From positions 1,364,001 through 1,428,000 of the forward strand of contig MU057701.1 of NCBI GenBank assembly GCA_013265495.1: a stretch of 64,000 bases of DNA, written 5' to 3'. Positions within the stretch are counted from its first letter, which is position 1. Every line of letters begins with the position of its first letter. The notes beneath the pieces were generated by a model that worked only from the letters and a program-made list of their open reading frames with translations, made no database searches and was not told the origin of the DNA. The position numbers and the translations under genes were made by a program. Source of the DNA: Vicugna vicugna (Eukaryota). This document shows positions 48,961-62,000 of the stretch, piece after piece.

Positions 48961-50299
48961 GTGGTAGGCGGTTCTCAAACGGTGCTTGACCTGAGCCCCT
49001 GCCACCCCTCCCACTCAGGCTCTAAGGCGCAGCCTCCTGCCTGTGGAGCATGAGGCCTGTTTTTCCCATGTTCAGTCACTGAAGTATTTGACATCTTACA
49101 GTGACTATATTTCAGTTAATGGGAAGCATTTGATGCCTTCCTCTTTGTGCCTTCAGCCATTATTCATTCTGTTGACCCCCTTCAGCGAGGAGGAGGACCT
49201 AGACCACCCCCCCAACTCGCCCCAGCCTCCTTTGTCAGGGTCCAAAAAAGACCATAAACCTTTACCTGCCTCTGATCCACTGCGTCCACCTCTGACCTAA
49301 GTTATCAGGTAGAGTGGGAAGGAGGCCTCCCTCTAAGCTAGGGTGGTACAATTTAAAACTGTTCTAGAAATGTCCTACCAGTGTTTACCACCAGTGAATC
49401 CCACTCCTCCCAGTTCCCTTTTTCCCTGGGCTATCAGCTGTCTGGATTCTTATTAGACTCAGGAAAATCAGGAGGAGAATTGTGTGATGTAAGAAAATGA
49501 TCTCATAAAATGCTTGTTTTTTTTTTTTTAAGAATTCCATAAATTAAAATAGAAAAGTTTTAGAACATTGTTTCCTTGGTATGTGTTACACCTGCTTGTT
49601 GTAGCATGTAATCACTGGGGTCTGTGGAAGCCCCAAGATGGGCTGGGAGACCCTGATGGCACACAGTCAGGCCCTTGCCCTAGCGACCTAGTGTTGCTCT
49701 CAGTGGGGTGAGGGGGTGGGGGGTGGGGTCTCTGTTACAAACCTTTTTTCCAGGTACTTGGCACTTACCCCTTTAAGCACCAAAACCTTTCTTTCCCCTT
49801 CTAAATGTGATGAAAATCTTTAAAAGCCACATTGCACTTTCTGGCCGCCTTAGGCAGAGCTAGGCAAGAATGATTTAATCTTCTCTTGATGATTTAAAGA
49901 TGGAAATTCAGGCCTGTCGTCATGCAGGGCTACCAAGGTCAGAAGGCCTTTGGCCCCGGTCTGCGCCATTCCAGACCACAGACCTTGCAGTGTTTTCTGT
50001 CGGTATCAGTTGGCTGGTGTTGGTGTGTGTCCCTCTAGTTGCCTTTCATTGACCTCTGTCCCCATCTCCCACCCCTGCCCTTAATGTAATGATTCTAATC
50101 TGCACAGGCTAGGAAACCAGAGAGCTAGAATTGTGTAAACAGAGATAACTGTCTTTGAAAGATGGCTGTTGAAGAAATTGCATGAACTTCAGTGCTGGGC
50201 TCCACCTCCACGCAGCCTGCCTGGAGCAGGTGTGGGCTGACAGGGGTGGTCTGGTAGTTAAGAGGGTCTTGAATAAGGTCAAGGTGTGGTGTGTGTTTT

Positions 50300-50850
50300 T
50301 TGTTTTAGTTCAGTTACTGAATAACAAACAGCCCCAAAAGAAGTGGCTTAAAATAGTAACAGTGATTTACTTTGCTCACAAATTTGTAATCTGACCAAGC
50401 TTCGCTGTGACTCCTTCTCTCTGCTCCACGCGGCGTCAGCTAGGGAGGCTGGACTGGGGGCTGGAGGACCTGCTTCCAAGATGACACTTGCATGGCTGGT
50501 AAGATACCGGGTGTTGGCTGGGAGCTCAGCTAGAGCTGAGGGCTGAGGGCCTCTGGCCTCGGTTCCTCTCCACGTGGTCTGAGCTTCCTTCAGTGTGGTG
50601 ACTGGGTTCTGAGTGCAGGTGTCCCTAGAGAAAGAGCCAGGTGGGCACTGTATTGCCTTTTATGACCTAGTCTGGGAAGTAAAACAATGTCACTGATCCT
50701 GCTCCATTAGTCAGAGTAGTCTAAGTGCCCTCCCAGCTTCAAGGAGAGGGGCAGAGAGTCCACCTCTTGCTGAGGGAGTTGCAAGTTCTTGGAAGAGCAT
50801 CTGGGATGGGAAATATTGCACCATTTTTGGAAAGTAAGGTCTGCTACAGT
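50300..50850 (-). mobile_element. MLT1-type (ERVL-MaLR) solo LTR
   Basis: taacaaacagccccaaaagaagtggcttaaaa...ggctggactgggggctggaggacctgcttccaagatg...ccttttatgacctagtctgggaagt. Confidence 0.78.
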
Positions 50851-50919
50851 GTTCCTACACTCCTTTCATTACTTTTCACGCTTCCCTTTATACGTCGGTG
50901 GAGATAGTTCTTTACTAGT

Positions 50920-51600
50920 TTTCTTTTTAATTTTGCAGTTAGAGCAGATGAGGACCTTTCCCCTATCCCCATCTTTGATTTTCTTTTCTTTTCTGTGCCC
51001 ATGAAGCATTAACATGGTTCCAAAAACCAAAGCTATACAAAGACATATTCAGAAAAGTGCCGTCTCCCGCACCGTCCTGCTTCTGTTCACCCACGCCATC
51101 CCCCCCAATAGTGAACCAGTCTTCCTAGGCTCTGCTTCATCCTCTCTGGGTTTACTTCCCTGTCGGTCTTACTCAAAGGATAGCACGTTATGGATACTCT
51201 TTTGCGTGTTACTTTTTTCACTTACCAGTACGTTCTGGAAATCACTCCACCTTAGTTCATAGATATCTTCCCTTGCTCTTGTTTTCAAGCAGCTGCAAAG
51301 ACTGACTCCACTGTGTGAATGTTCCATAGCATAGTCCGTCTCCCTCTTATATGGGCATAGAGGTGGTTGGTAATGTTTTGCGATGATGAACAGTGGTGCA
51401 GTAACTGTGTATTTGTGTTTTTGTGTTATCGGGGGTTGTATCTTCAAGGTGAAGTCTTAGAAGTGGCACTGCTAAATCAGAAGGTAGCCCCACATGTAGT
51501 TTTATTAGATGTTGCCAAGTTCCTCTCAGAAAGGATTACACCAGTGTTTATTCCCACCAGTAATAAGAGTGCCTGTTTCCCCAGTTTCACAGAATGTGGA
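50920..51600 (-). mobile_element. Ancient L1 (L1MC/ME-like) 3' fragment
   Basis: Degenerate antisense L1 text (cttagaagtggcactgctaaatcagaagg...ttattcccaccagtaa). Confidence 0.65.
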
Positions 51601-51751
51601 CCTTTTGGATTAGTGCTTATCCTTCCTGCCAGAGACAGCCAGATTATTTTTTAAGGTCCATATTGCCTCTGGTATCTTGAGTTCAAGAGGAACTCAAAGA
51701 GCTCAGGAAACACAAAGGAACTTTTGACATCTCTTCAAGTTACACTGTCTC

Positions 51752-51824
51752 CGGTACAGCACAAGGAACTATATTCAGTTTCTTGTAATGAACTGTAATG
51801 GAAAAGAATATGAAAAAAATATAA

Positions 51825-51857
<33 letters not shown>

Positions 51858-51966
51858 ACCAAATTGCTTTGCTATACACCTGAAACGTGCTTATAAATCA
51901 ACTACACTTCAGTAAAAAATAAGAATTTTAAAATAATCACCCAAAAAATGATTAACATGGAAACAA
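51752..51966 (+). mobile_element. Short L1 3' end with internal (TG)14 and 15-bp TSD (1 mismatch)
   Basis: gtacagcacaaggaactatattcag...tataaatcaactacacttcag; AAGTTACA[C/G]TGTCTC at 51737-51751 and 51967-51981. Confidence 0.82.
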
Positions 51967-53694
51967 AAGTTACAGTGTCTCTTCATCAGGGTTGGCCACC
52001 ACTCAGATGCTTACCCAGGGTAGCACACCCCCTCCTCTTTCACAGACGGAGCCTGGGACACAACTCCCCACCCCTCAGCCCTGCTGCCACCTCTTACAGG
52101 CCATGTTCAAAGCACCTCTTACCCTGAGGGCCCCAGGTCTAATGGTAACATCCAAACACTTGGCCTCCTTTCTCACTCGTTGCCTAGTGCTAAACTAGGT
52201 CAGGAGGTGAGTGGGGCCACTGTGCTCAGAAGCCAAACCAATGTTAGGAACACCCAGTGATAATTAGTACGTACAGACTAGATTTGTATTAAACAATGCT
52301 AAAGCACTTTTGGTAGTTATTCTTACCCATAATAATTAACAACATGTTCCAGAGATTCTGCATATTGAGGTAACTTTGGAGCTCAAAGTTTGAGTTACAA
52401 AATACCACTAATTTTGGAGGAAGGGCCCGGTTCTCCAGATGTTCTGTGGTGGGTGGTTGGTCGCGGAGCCCTGACTGGCCCTCGTGACTCTGCTTTATCT
52501 CACAGACACGAGCTGTGCCAGCCTCTGAAGCCTCCAAACCCTGTGACCTTGGTCCCATTTTCTCTCTTCTCAGGCAGCTTAACCGCTGCAGCAGTGAGGC
52601 CGTGAGGCCGGCTGAGGGGACCCAGGGCTTTAGCATCTTGTTGAGGTTGTCTGCTTCGTTTGAGCAGCTTTAAATAGTAACTCAGACAACAAGGAAATAG
52701 GAAACTCTCGTTTTAAACATGTCTCAAGGTGGAGAATCAAGATAATGAACATACCCATCACCCTCAGAACGTCCCTCATGCTCTTATAATCTCTCCCTCT
52801 GCTCATCCCAGTTTAAAAGGTGTTGCTCCACTATCTTTGGTTTACGACAGACATGCTGCCATCCTTATCTTTGTCCTTGGAATGGAATGGAATGTCTTTT
52901 TCTCTGGCCATTTTTATCTTTATCACTGGTTTTGAGAAATTTGATCATGGTATGTCTTGGTGTAGTTTTCTTCATGTTTTCTATGCTTGGAGTTCATCAG
53001 TCTTCCCAGATCTGTGGATTTATAATTTTCATCAAATTTGGCAATTTTTTGGATATTATTTCTCCAATTACATGTACATTAAAGCTGATTGAAGTTGTCT
53101 TACATTAAAAAGGAAAAGTCTAAAGGTGGGATAGTATTAACGGTAGTGTGGGTACCTCCAGAAGGGAGACCCCACAGGCAGCCTGCAGTTTTGCTCGGGG
53201 TGTGAAGCCCAGGAGGCTGCCTGTTCTGTGTGCCCTGAAGTGGCCTTCCTGGGAGAGAGGACCATCAGTGAGGCGGTGCTGTGTTTGTCCCCCAAGGTGA
53301 GGCTCTGGTGTTGAGATCACATCAGGCACTTGCATGTTCCTTTTCAGTGGAAGGTTTTAAGAAATACTTAGAGATGATAGAGGCTGCCCCATGTTTGGAG
53401 AGTCCTGTCTTCATTATTATTAGTTCCTCTAATTCTCTTGTTACCTATTAACTGGATCATAAGATACTACTTCCTGTTTGGTGTTATCAGGAGATGAGAA
53501 CTCTACAGAGCAAACAGGAATCAAATAGGAACCAAGAAATCTTAATTGGCGGGGTGGTTTCCCAAGGCTTCGCCTTTCCCTCCTCAGAGTCGGCTTTTGA
53601 AACATTTAAAAATGGAAATTGCAAAGTGCTTATCATTCAATAAGTAAGAAGTATGAAGCTATATATCCAATTTTAAAATAAATTTTAGAAAGGA

Positions 53695-54967
53695 TACAGA
53701 CAAGAGTGCCAAGACAATTCAGTGGGGGAAAGAATAGTCTTTTCAACAAGTAGTGCTGAGACAGCTGGACATCGACATGCAAAGGAGTGAGCTTGGACCC
53801 CTTCCTCACACCATATGCAAAAATTAAGTCAAAATGGATTGTACACCTCAATGTCAGAGCTAAAACTATAAAACTCTTAAAACACAGGATTAATCTGTGA
53901 TTTGGGGTTAGGTAAAGCCTTCTTAGCTAAGTGCACGAAAAGTGCACATAGCCAAAGGAAATATAGATAAATTGGACTTCATCAAAATTAAAAACTTTAG
54001 TGCCGCAAACAGTACCATCAAGAAAGTAGAAAGACAACCCGTAGAGTCTGCAAATCATATGTCTAAGGGTCTTGTACCTAGAATATATAAAGAACTCTTG
54101 CAACTCAATAGTAAATGATAAATAACTCAAGTAAGAAATGGACAAAGGATCTGGATAGATATTTCTCCAAAGAAGATACACAAATGGCCAATAAGCATAT
54201 GAAAAGATATTCAAGGTCATTAGCCATCAGGGAGATGCAAGTCAAAACCATAATGAGAGACTACTTCCAAACCACTCTGATGGCTAGAAAGAAAAAGACA
54301 TGATAACAAGTACTAGTGAGGATGTGGGGAAACTGGCACCCTTGTTCAGCGGTACTATAAAATGATGCAGCTGCTGTGGAAAACAGTTTGGTAGTTCCTC
54401 AAAATGTTAAACAGATCTGTATGATCCACAGTTCCACTCTTACGTCTATGTCTGAGAGAAATGAAAACGTAGGTCCACACAAAAACTTGTGCACAACTGT
54501 CCATAGCAGGGTTATTCCAGTAGCCAGAAGTGGAAAACAACTGAAATACCCATCAGGTGGAGAAAGGGTGAAGCGTGGTACATGCACATGGTAGAGAATA
54601 CTATTCTGCAATGAAAAGGAGTGATGTGCGGACACACGCTGCAGCGTGGATCACCTTCACAACATCACGCTTAGTCAAAGAAGTCAGTCACAAAAGACCA
54701 CATATTGTATGATTCCGTTTATACGAAATGTCCAAAGTAGGCAAATTCATTGGCACCAGTTAGTGGTGGGTTGCCTCTGGCTGTGGGGATGGAGTTGGGA
54801 GTGACTGCTAATGGGTACAGGGTTTCTTTGGAGGTAATGAAGATACTCTAAAATTGTGATGATAGCTTCATAACTCTGAATATACCAAAACCCACCAATT
54901 ATGCTCTTTAAATAGGTGAATTGTATGGTATGTGAATTATATCTCAGTAAATCTGTTTTTAAAAAAG
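53695..54967 (+). mobile_element. L1MB-like ORF2 end plus 3'UTR (~1.3 kb)
   Basis: [25 protein letters not shown] peptide; ends gtgaattgtatggtatgtgaattatatctcagtaaatctgtttttaaaaaa. Confidence 0.9.
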
Positions 54968-57900
54968 CATACAAAACCACATTAGCTTTTTTTAAGTTCT
55001 GTACTCTTGGAAGTGTATATATACATTGAAAAAGACTGAAAGGAAATATAGTTTAAGTGTTTTAAATTATTGTATCTGAACAGGGAGATTATGGTTGTTT
55101 TCTGCAATAAATATACTTGTTTTTATAATTGGCAAAGCAGCTAATGGCGGGGAGTGTGTGCCTTCCGCTGTGCCTTCTCCTTTGTGAAACCCTCATGGCA
55201 CCAGATTATGGGTGACCAGACCTTAGCAGCAAAGCCACTAAGCTCTCTTTGTCCCCAAAAAGCTGGGCTGATCTCCTGGCTATTTGTAATAGAAAAGTTA
55301 TGCTACAAAACTAAGTAAATCTGTACTACTTTATTTTTGTAGTTTAGTTTTTGATAAAATATCTCCCAAGAGCTACTCAGACGCCTGTGATAGCCCTGCT
55401 TTGGCTTCAGGCCGCTGAACTCTCCAGACTTTGTTTTGGAAGCCATTTTTAGAAACTCACCCTTTCTGCACGTACATCAGTAGTTGAACTGGTGAGATGA
55501 ATATGCTTCTCACATTCCTTCCTGCAGCCAAACAGCAACATTAGGAAATGTATGCACATTTTTTTAAGGTTTTAAATTTTTATGACTTTCATTGGAAGTG
55601 AGTTCTTTCCAGCAGCGTGTTGAATCCAGATTTTGTTCATAAAGTTGCTTTGATGCGTTGTCAGTGTTCTGCTGCTCATGGGTTTCTGTTTGTTCCCAAT
55701 GAGTCTGTGGAGAGAAGCCTGCATTAGAAGAAGGAGCTGTTGAAAAGGAAAAACAACCTGTTTGTCAGTTATTTCAGAAATTTGTTTCCACATCATATGC
55801 CTTTGGCTTGGACAAAAGTTGTGAAATAGCCTTTGTTTCATACTATTTTGTCTTAAACCTGTTTCCTGTGAATAACTAGGGTTGTAAGGAGAGGTTAGTA
55901 AAGGGTCAGCTCTCCCACGTGAGAAGGGAAAGAGTAACCTCTTCTCTTATGCAGCCTCCATATCTGAGTAAGACATGCAGTGACCTGCGTGGGCAGCGTC
56001 TTGGCACAGGCTGAAAACCCCGGGGAGGAGGGCATTGTCCCCGGGGGAGTGTTTACTCAGAGGTCTGTGTAGATGGTCTGATGTGACTCAGAGACAGTGA
56101 TCTCGGAAAAGCTAGACAGATCTCCTTGGGGACAAGGCAAAGATGTTCAGGCAGAGAGAAATGTGATTCCAAAAAGCACGTACAACTTGTGGCATGACTG
56201 AGCGCTCGCTGGGCAGACTTCCACTCGTCCGACCAGGACCTAGTGGTAGAGGTGCCTTGGTTAACATCAGAAGACTTTACAGCACGAGGGAAGCACAGAG
56301 AGAATGCTCGAGCACCATGCAGATGAGTCAGGCAGAGCTGTGTCTTCTGAAAGGTATTGACCACCGGGTATTATTTTTTAAACCAGAGTACTTTTTCTTT
56401 TTTAATGAAACTCACCGACATTCATAAGGGAGAACTTTGAAAACACCCAAATTTGAAGGACTCCTAGGACATAGAATATTGTCCCTTATATGCAGTAACA
56501 TGAGATTGAAAAGTGCAAGTGAACCCCCAGGTCCCCAGAGATGGAGACGGCACAAGCTCTGAGAAGACTGGAGGACAGAGGGTGCTGGGCAGCCTGCCCG
56601 GCCCTGCGCAAGCTCAGTGCCCGGGGCATCTGGTCAGACCCTAAAGACTCCAGGCTTCAGGACAATCACAGCTGGGTACCTGCCATAGACCTTTAGGGCT
56701 CTCACGGGCCGTCAGACCTCTAGGTGTCACATCCACAAGCACCAAGCCACCTATGTACTCTGCCCCCACCTAGGACACAGCTGTGCTGGGGCACAGTCCT
56801 GGCTGCCCACGACAAGCAGCACTGGTGTGAGCCCACACGTATGGGGCACAGAGGCGGTGAGGTGTCTGGAATATGTGATGGCTGCAGGCAGCCCGTGAGA
56901 GCAGGACACATGCATTTGTATAAATCACAGAAGCAGGAGGAAAGGTGAGCAATTCACAGATTCCTGCATTTCTAGTTCTTTTGGTCTTTGCTTTCCAAGG
57001 CTAATTGTTTCTACAAGGCTGTCATCTAATTAGAGACCTCAGCACAGGGACATGTCTGTCACACCAGGGACAAGTCACACCCCCTTCCTCCCACAGGACA
57101 GAGCAGGTGGAGGACAGGGAGGAGGCTGTGAGGCAGGCTGTGCTGATGAATTAGGGGCCTTGGGCAGGGCACTGAGAGGTTCCGAGACTGTTTTCTCCTC
57201 CCTCAAAAAGAAGTAAAAGTTCTGTCCTGGTTTTCATGAGATGTAAATGAGGGGACCTAAGAAGGAGTCTTATCATAGGGCCTGGCGTGGGGTCAGGGGA
57301 CACCACCAAGCCTCACTGCACTGCCACATTGCCCGTGGATGTCACCACCACTCCTCCCTTCTTCACCCAGACCCTGGCCCTCTTTGGGCAAGAGTCCATA
57401 ATCTGGTACTTAGCCTTGGAAATTGGAGACTAACAGGGTTTTCTCTTTTCCCACCTTGCACATTGGCCATGACAGATGTTTCAGATGGACTGTATCAATG
57501 GAGGTGAGGCCCAGGGTGTTTCACTGGGCTGAGATGATGGGCAGGAACAGCTGTAGGAGTTCCACAGAATTCCTCTCTCTAATCCAGGGCTGTGAGTCTC
57601 AACCTCACCTGTTCATGACATTGGTGAGAGGGCTTCTAAAAGCCCTCATACCCACTTAAATAGTATCTCTGGATATAGGACCCAGACACCAGCGTTTCTG
57701 AGCACCCCCTGCCCCTCTCGCAGGTGAGTCATGACCTCGTAAGAGTCAGGCTGAATGTGAGAGTCTGGGCATTGGGAGACTCTGGGGCTGCCTGGTGAGA
57801 CCAGCTTGACAGTTACACGTCCTGGGAGCCTTAGCTGGAAGGGAGATAGGCAGACATTTGATCAGATAAATCATTGATTCAGGATGTTGGTACCAAGCTA

Positions 57901-58206
57901 ATCAAGGTGGTGGGGGGCAGAGTATTACGGCTGAGCTAATTGTATGAAGATATTAGCTGGTTCACAAGAAGACTGGTAGAAAAAGAAAATAGTCAAAGAG
58001 GAGTTTTTTAATCTTTGACGGCGGCTTTTGTTGCCCTTTTTCTATTCTCTGACATAACGTAGGACTTGTAATTTATAGGGAAAAAACACAACTCACGTGG
58101 TCGCGCATCTCTAGGGGGAGGAACCTTTAGTGACTTTATAAAAATAAGCACCTGTCTTGTTCTCCAGTTGCTTTCTAGCTAATTTTGGTCCCTTTTCTTT
58201 TGCCAG

Positions 58207-58353
58207 TTGCCAGAGGCGCCACCCTCCGAGGAGGAAGAACAGGAAGCCTGGGTGAACGCCTTGCTTGGAAGAATGTTTTGGGACTTCTTAGGAGAGAAGT
58301 ACTGGTCTGATCTGGTGTCTAAGAAAATCCAAATGAAACTCAGCAAAATAAAG
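58207..58353 (+). CDS. TEX2: TEX2 coding exon (147 nt), start of SMP lipid-transfer domain
   Basis: Acceptor ttttcttttgccAG|TTGCCA; LPEAPPSEEEEQEAWVNALLGRMFWDF...KIQMKLSKIK (SMP W-x-N motif); donor AAG|GTATTG. Confidence 0.95.
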
Positions 58354-59109
58354 GTATTGTTTTCCATACCAGAGGCTTCCAATTCATCATGTATCTTAAT
58401 TTCTGGAATTTTTGTACCCTTACATCCTAAGTGAAAAATACTTTGGTTTAAAGCATGTAACAAATGGGAGTAGTGAGTTCTTATCAAACAACATGTGTGG
58501 GCTGTGCCCTTGACAGTAGGACTAAGTGCATCTGGGGATTTAGTGCATGTTCCTGTTGATTTTTTCCTGTTCTTGCCCTCATTGTTTATCCACTCCAGGT
58601 GGTGATCCAGAATTTGGTTTATGAAAACGTGAGCTTTTGTAGCCGGTTTGTTGTATAAAATTTTCTATCTTTAAGTTAGTAATGAGCTTAAGTTGTATGC
58701 CCGGAGAGCCCAGCCAGCCTCACAGTCCTGGCCACGTAGCATATGCTCTGAGGAAAATGCCAGACTACTTAAAACCTCTTTCTCAACTCCCTCTCAAAGC
58801 TGGGAAGGTTACTGTTGCACTCTGAATGTGTCTGCATTTGACCTTTACTTCTGGCCAGATGGTATTTTATTTTGGGCTCCCTCTTTGCTGAGGAAACAGT
58901 CCTGGTGCTGTTGTAGGCCCACTTGGAAGTGAGTTTAAACTTGCATAAGTATTCTTCGTGATTGCCACTAAAAGACTCATTTAGTACCACCTTTGCCAAC
59001 CAAGAAATCTTATATAGGTTACTTTCAAGTAAGTTTTTGATCCAGTGAGGACCCAATCAAGGAAGAGTCACTTTGGTCTCCAGATCGTCACGGAGAGCTT
59101 AGCTTGCTG

Positions 59110-59255
59110 TCAGCAACTTAAGTCAGTGGCTCTTTTTGGGTCATGGATACCTCTGAGAAGCAGAAACATACGGGCCCTTTCCCTAGAAAAACGCACTTTG
59201 ACCCAGCTTATTGCCCGCGATTTCAGAGTTCAAGGACTGCAAGTTAGAAATCTGT
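59110..59255. mobile_element. hAT-Charlie/MER-type DNA transposon remnant
   Basis: ttttgggtcatggatacctctgagaa...ttccctagaaaaacgcac...gatttcagagttcaaggac; exact family uncertain. Confidence 0.5.
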
Positions 59256-61649
59256 GAGCTAAGGTAAATCATATTAAAAGGAAAATGTAGGCATGGAGGA
59301 GCTTTGACTTGATTTCTGTCATTCTTTGGGTCATGAACAGGGCCTTCCCTGCCTCAGTCAGGCTCTCTCTGCCACCGTGGCCTCGTGTCATCCCTTCCCC
59401 AGCCCCCGATGAGGAGGAGGGGCTGCCTCCGAAGCTGGAAGAGCGAATCTTGAGGCAGGAGTCGGGGCAGGGATTCGGGAGGGCTCTGTTGACGAGGGTC
59501 AGCCTGTTGTTCTCAGGGTGAGTTGAGGGTTGAACCTGCTCTGCCAGCCAGGTCTGGGGAGGGGAGTGGGAGAGGAGAGGCCGGCAGCCAACCTGAAGCC
59601 CCCTCAACCTCTTCCCCTTTTTGGAAGATGACGGAGGGCTTGAGTTTCCCGGTCCAGGCACATGGGCGGGGCTGGTGCTCCTCTTTTCCTGAAGACTGTT
59701 CCCTGAGCAGCAGGGCTGCGGGCCTTGGCACAGGGCGACAGAAAGAGGGGCCTACCTGAGCGCCAGCTGGGACACTGCTCGTTGTCACACAGGTTCCAGC
59801 GCGGACTCGGAGAGCGCGGGGAGCCACGCTCCTCTCTGGCACCGGAAGTCCCCGGGGCCTCTGCCCTCCCGGGGTGGTGGGGGAGTTTCATCTTCTCCCT
59901 TTGCTGGCTGTGTGGGCTTTCGAAGGCCACAAACTTAAACTTCCTTTGGTTTTTTGAGGTCAGAAGTGCTGGGAGGTTAGGATGGAGAAAAGTGACCTCG
60001 ATTCAGCTGGAGCACCAGCTGTACCCCATCCATTGCCAGCCTCAGCACCTCCCACCCTCCACCCCAACCTGAGCTGTGGCCCCATGAAGCGCCCTGCAGA
60101 CCAGAGGGGACCCTGGCAATGGAATAAACAGGAAGGCAGCAGGACATGAGTTTATTTCTGAACCTGCCACCACTCCTGCCAAAAGAATTCTTAATATCAC
60201 CAATATCCAAGTGTCCCTGGGAAGGGCTGTTCCTTAAACCTAGTAGTGAGTATTGGTTCATGGCCAGTCAAGGGCCAGAATGGCTGGAGGAGCCTGAGCT
60301 GCCCGCTGTGACAGAGATCTCCCCTGGTTTCTTTGAAGGCCTGACGCAGGGAGAGCTCTTTGCTGGCCTTGCCCTGCACCCTCACCTGTGATAATGATTC
60401 ATAAAAAGCAGCCCTGTGTGTGTATCTGGCACCCAGTGATGCGTTTAAAATGAGCTGAGTTTCTGCCCTACCAGCAAGTACACCCTGGGTCTTGGCTGGC
60501 TGCTCCAGCACCACTTGGAGCCCTCAGGAGTTGTGGGCCTTGGTGCCCTTGTCAGCAAATGCAGCTTTTACTACATATGGCTTCTGACTCACCCCTCACC
60601 TAACCTGGAAAACGCCCAGTCCCCAGCTGGGTTTACCCAGGGGGATAGAGAACACGCAGTGGGTTCCTGTCTCACTGCGGTGCCCTTTAGGTGGGAAGAA
60701 GAGAGTCTCTGGTTGAAAAGAGCTGGAGGAGTGACCTTTCCTTGTCTTCCCCGTAGAGCAGGAAGGAAGTGGCTTTAGGGCCTGCCTGGTCCTGAGGGTT
60801 TTGATTCAGCTCAGAGATCTAAGTAAGGGGGAGGGGTGATTGGCTAGAGATGTTCTAGGATCTCAGAGTTGGGTACTCAGGTGAATAAGTAGAAAATGAG
60901 GTGCTGCTGATCCCCCCTCTCCCCCAGTTCTGCTTCCTGGTAATCAGTGCCCACCCCACCCCCGCCGAGGCTTTCTCCGTCCCAGTCTGTCAGTTCGTCA
61001 GCACCTCAGGTCCTTCCCCTGCCCTCGTGGGGGCCCAGGAAGCAGGATGGGGTGAGGTGGGAGGCTGGACAGGGCACAGGGAGAGACACCACGTTCCCTC
61101 TGTCTGCATTCCCTCTCACTCCCCTGGCTCAGTGTCGACTCCTGTTCCCATAGAAACCCGGCGTGCTCCTGAAACACTGGGTATTAGAGTGCCAATAATA
61201 GACAAAAAGGACTGGGGCAAGGGTGTAAGATTTTGGCTACACTCTTGACCGAGTAGCATTCTGTAGGCTGACTGGGAGGCCAACCACCACATAACATTGA
61301 TGCTTTGGAAAAAGGTTTTCCAAATAAAGCAACCGCCAATTCAAAAATGCACATTTGAACACTGCCTCTAGTCAGTTTTGTCCACCTCACACGTTATAAC
61401 CTCTTTAAATTAACACCTCCATCCCCACAAAAAATGAAAGATGAAGTTCTCTGACTGGTGAATCCTGAAAGCATCTAAGTATCTCTGCAGAGAGACAGCT
61501 GAAGAGGTCCAGCCAAAATAGATATTAAATCCACGCCTGGCTAGATGCTACCTTGTTTTATGGGAAATGTTCAGCATATGTTCAATTTTTTAAAACTCTT
61601 CATTATATTCTAAATTTTACAAAATTATTCTAACGTTCAGCTGGAGCAG

Positions 61650-62000
61650 TACTCATGAGAATAAGAAAATTATGGTGGGGAAGAAAAGAGAGGGACTTGC
61701 CAGATTTAAAAATGTGCTTTAAAGCTACAGTAACAGAAGCAGTTTGATACTGGTGGGAACAGAGTGCTCAGTGCAGTGGAATTCCATACTGAAAGGTGGC
61801 ATTGCAGGTCAGCAGGGAAAGATGTGGTTGTTCAAAAAGTGGGTTGACACCAGACTGGCCCTTGGGAAGAAAATTAAGGTGGATCCCTAATTTACATCTT
61901 GCACTAAAATTAAGAGTGGACTAAAGATCTCTTTGCGTATACAAACAACATACATAAATCCAGGTGGAGGAAACGCAGATGGGTTAGTTTTGTGCTCTTG
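61650..62000 (+). mobile_element. Ancient L1 ORF2 fragment
   Basis: taaagctacagtaacagaagcagtttgatactgg...aaaattaaggtggatccctaatttacatc...gtggactaaagatct. Confidence 0.6.

Noticed and set aside
57720..57735. AP-1 TGAGTCA site (others near 10405, 37301, 56325)
   Set aside because: A 7-mer is expected several times by chance in 64 kb
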